The notes under the pieces: model-generated | Seen by the model: only the letters and a program-made list of their open reading frames with translations | What the model was told of the DNA's origin: nothing | Database searches by the model: none | Part shown: positions 60,359 through 64,000 of the stretch, piece by piece | Position numbering within the stretch: position 1 is the first letter of the stretch | Layout: each line of letters opens with the position of its first letter | Position numbers and translations under genes: made by a program | Assembly: GCA_012295275.1 (NCBI GenBank) | Contig: CM022673.1 | Span: forward strand, 25,234,001-25,298,000 | Source: Chrysomallon squamiferum | Taxonomy: Eukaryota > Animalia > Mollusca | Direction: 5' to 3' | Length of the DNA stretch: 64,000 nucleotides

Positions 60359-63184
60359 TTCAGGCAGCTTGTTTAGATTTATATCTATGGCTTACAAGAT
60401 ATGTCCTATACTGTGCCCCAGGTTTGAATACCACTGCCTGCTAAACCAAAGTTCCTTAAGGTACCATTTTTCATATCAAAGCCGAAGTAGGAAATAAATA
60501 AATATACTTGTGCTGGTAATGAGATCTCCTCCAGGATACAAATGAAAACCAGTCAGTTTCTAACCTCTTGTAAGGACAGCCATGGGGAACAAAATAATGA
60601 ATGCAGGTTTCACCAGTAATGAAGACATTCTAAATGGCATAAACTTGCAGGCAGTAAAAGTCTTAAACAGAGATTTTGTTGGTCTAAATCAATTGTTTAG
60701 TATACATGAGATTCTGTTACAAAACATTACAGTTTAATTTTACCAAATATAAAAGAGATTTACTGCATTTCTTCTCATAAAGAAATAAAAGAAAACATGA
60801 ACATTTAAACTATGAAAATGTTTGAGCAAAAATAGTGAAGGACAGAAAATGATTGCTGACATCCAGCTATAATATAATATTTAAGTAAAATATGTATCTG
60901 TAAAATCTATAATAAAGATTGAAAGCAATTTCTTCTCAGTTGGATTACATGTCAAACTACATAAAATCAGTATTCTAAAATGTACAGCTAAAACTGATAT
61001 CTCATATAATTATTATCATTTTCATTTTCTTATAACAGATAAAAAGAAATATATTCAAAAAAGAAAGAAAAAAGAGAAGAAGAAGGAAAAAGACCATGTA
61101 ATCATGAAATCTGATCCAAAATGCAGAAAAATAACATTACTTTGATGACTGGTAATGTGTGTTTCAGTTGTGATAGTGATAGTGATATGCCAGATGACAG
61201 CAAATGTAAACAAACTGAAATAGCATCATCATCCTGCTGCTTACTGACAGATGTTTCAAACAAAAACACTTCATCATTAATTATAATGATTTCTTTGAAA
61301 CAAAGACATCCAATGAATAAATCTGCTTTTTAAGAGGAACAGTTCAGGGTTTTTTTTATATATTCTTTTTGTCTTAGAAAGGATAAACAAGATTCGAAGA
61401 CACTCTATAATTCTATTAAATCGACATTGTAACAAACATGTTTGACATTTTGACACAATAATCATGACTAGATGTGATTAGTATAACAGTGAGTATATGC
61501 AGTGCTGTAATTTAAAAGATAAATTTCAGAATGTACAGCATTTTTGTTAATAATTATAATAATTTACCAAGTTATATACAGGGTTCACACAAGGGAAATA
61601 TATTTGTCCTTTTATACACAGTTCACCTTATTTTTAACCCATAATTAAGTTCTAAGTCACCTACATTCGATCTTTTTTTGTTTTGTTTTTTGGAAAAAAA
61701 TCACTTGGAAGTACATTTTGCCTCCATTTTTGCCTCCAACGATCAAGTGAACATATTTTGTGACTGGCTTGCTGACTTCAGTTACTGGCATCAAAATTAT
61801 ATTGGCAGAAAATTTGTATTGTTGTTCTGTATCTGTATAATTTTATAAAATACAAGAGACTGAATAAATAAATCATAGACAGTAATAACATGTTAAAAAA
61901 AATGCTGTTGACTTTTCCAGTTACATCAGTTTCAAACACAAAGAAACCTGTGTAAAGATCATTAATATGTCTTCTTTGTTTTGCTGTGAGCCTCAGTGGA
62001 AATTTTTAATGACAACAAGCACAAATCTCCTGCTTATGCCATCCAGTTAATTGATTCAGACTTTGTGTCTGTGACCGAGTACTACAGTGACAGCTGCCTA
62101 TCAGTATGTGACTAATTATATGAATAACTGCAAAAAGACATGGTTTACTATTGTGATCAGAAATTAACAATAAACACAGGTCTTGTAAACATGTATACAA
62201 ATTAAATTAATTGGGATGCACATGATAAATGACAGTACATTTTCAAACCTACTCAAGCAGGAGTCTAAAATGAATCTGTATGAAATATTTTGTTAAAGAC
62301 TTTGTTAAAGGTTTGTTTTATTAGAAACAGAATATCAGTGCATACATATTGATGTTTAACAATGGCTTAGATATATATTTTTGTCTCATTTTTCTTTTGC
62401 AGTCTTACTTCTTTAAAGTCCCTTGCTTTGCCATAATATGTTGAGAGGGAGAAGCCATATCTCCCTATTTTTCTAGCCTAGCATCAGTCATGTCATATGC
62501 TCAACATTCTGCTGCTTTGTTATCTAAGTAACATAGATACAATAATAAATATACATTCCTGCTGTTTCTTGATACCTCATTTCTGCAACCTCTTGCTTTT
62601 CACACCTATTAGTAATACTGTCTTACTGTCATTCAAAAATTCTCATAGAAATTAAGAAAGGGAAAATATAATAATCATCAAAAGAATCTAATTTTTGTGC
62701 TGTTTGTAAATAAAATGCCTCTATTTAGATGCAAAATGATACTCTCTAATTATTTGCTGTATTATTACTCCTGGATTGTGTGTTGCTGCTTTGAGTTTAA
62801 CAAATACACATGATGGCTAACATGATACACAGTACACAAATATGATGATTATGAAAATGTATTCATGTCCATGAATACACAAGTGAAAAGGCTTTGTAGA
62901 TTTACATTATGAGGAAGCATTGATGATGCTCACTACTTCATCCATTATGAATCATAATTAGACTCGCTGAAATTTTACAGAATGCCAATTACTGTCCATG
63001 CAAATATAATACAAATGGCTAGCCAAAGAATACTATGCAGGGTTCATTCTACATGCAACAACACACCAAATTAACTGCTAGCAAATAAAAACACATTTTC
63101 ATGCAAAAACAATGGTAAAGAGTAGTTATAATAAGAATTAAAAAAATATATTTCGACTCTCAGGTATTTAACTTTACTAAATTT

Positions 63185-63235
<51 letters not shown>

Positions 63236-64000
63236 TAATAAAACCAAAATCATTATGTGAATTTCCTCAACTTTCATTCAGAATTATACCATTTATTTTT
63301 TGTTCCTTTTGTTTAATCAGCATTATGTATGTAACAGGTATATTATATCATATATTTTACATGTCTTTCTTTTGTTGTTTTAGAACAGGAATCAAGATAG
63401 GTGTTTGTCTACTGTTCTGACTCACTTTCTTCCTTTTCTTTCTTTTTTGTAACATTATTGCAGTTCAATAATTAATAAAGTAAACAATAGGTTGATATAG
63501 TTTTGGGTAATATAAAAAAACGAACAGTAGTAAAAATGTGAATGCAAGTGTTAGCATTGTGCACAATGATTTTTTGAATTTAATACTGAAATATATTGTT
63601 TTATCCTTATTAACTGTCTTTCATTATATAAAGCAATGAATTAAAAAAAAATTTTTTTTTTTTTTAAATAACCTAACTGGCTGGTTTGTCTGTATCTGTA
63701 AGAATAATTTTGGTTGATAAATCAATAAATAAGACAGAATCTCCATTACACATGAGAATTATTCAGCCCCAAACTAACATTGCTGTTTTCATTCATGCAG
63801 TGTATTGATTAGAATGCATCAGCTTCCAGACCTTCGAAGCTGCAGATCAGACAAAAAAATAGAAAAAAGAAAGAAAAGGGAAGAACAAAAAAGGTTAAAT
63901 GGCATTGTTGAGACTTCTTAAGATCAGCTGTAATGAATTTCAAACTGTATAAAAATAGATTTAAAATTAAAGACAGCGCTAACTCTGAATAAAAGACTGA

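Overview
AT-rich, microsatellite-rich, intron-dense animal genomic DNA. It looks lophotrochozoan, possibly molluscan, but that is a guess from composition and protein style. Most ORF-track entries are spurious or single exons. Splicing by hand gave five genes with GT-AG introns whose phases close correctly: POP5 (+, 342-3018, 163 aa); a short RING-less TRAF4-like gene (-, 3341-6594, ~281 aa); Suv4-20/KMT5B H4K20 methyltransferase (+, ~10190-15935, ~880 aa); Caprin (+, 19536-25070, ~626 aa); and a BRSK/SAD kinase (-, 30755 to beyond 52352, first coding exon outside the window). No rRNA, tRNA, CRISPR array or intact transposon was found. The strongest observation is in the BRSK gene: a tandem pair of duplicated 52-nt exons (42094-42145 and 41519-41570) encoding alternative kinase-UBA linkers, where including both or neither breaks the frame. 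Around it are candidate competing RNA pairings, an in-frame 57-nt alternative donor, a possible poison exon and a DRV-COOH PDZ-type tail. Family assignments rest on recalled motifs, not database searches.
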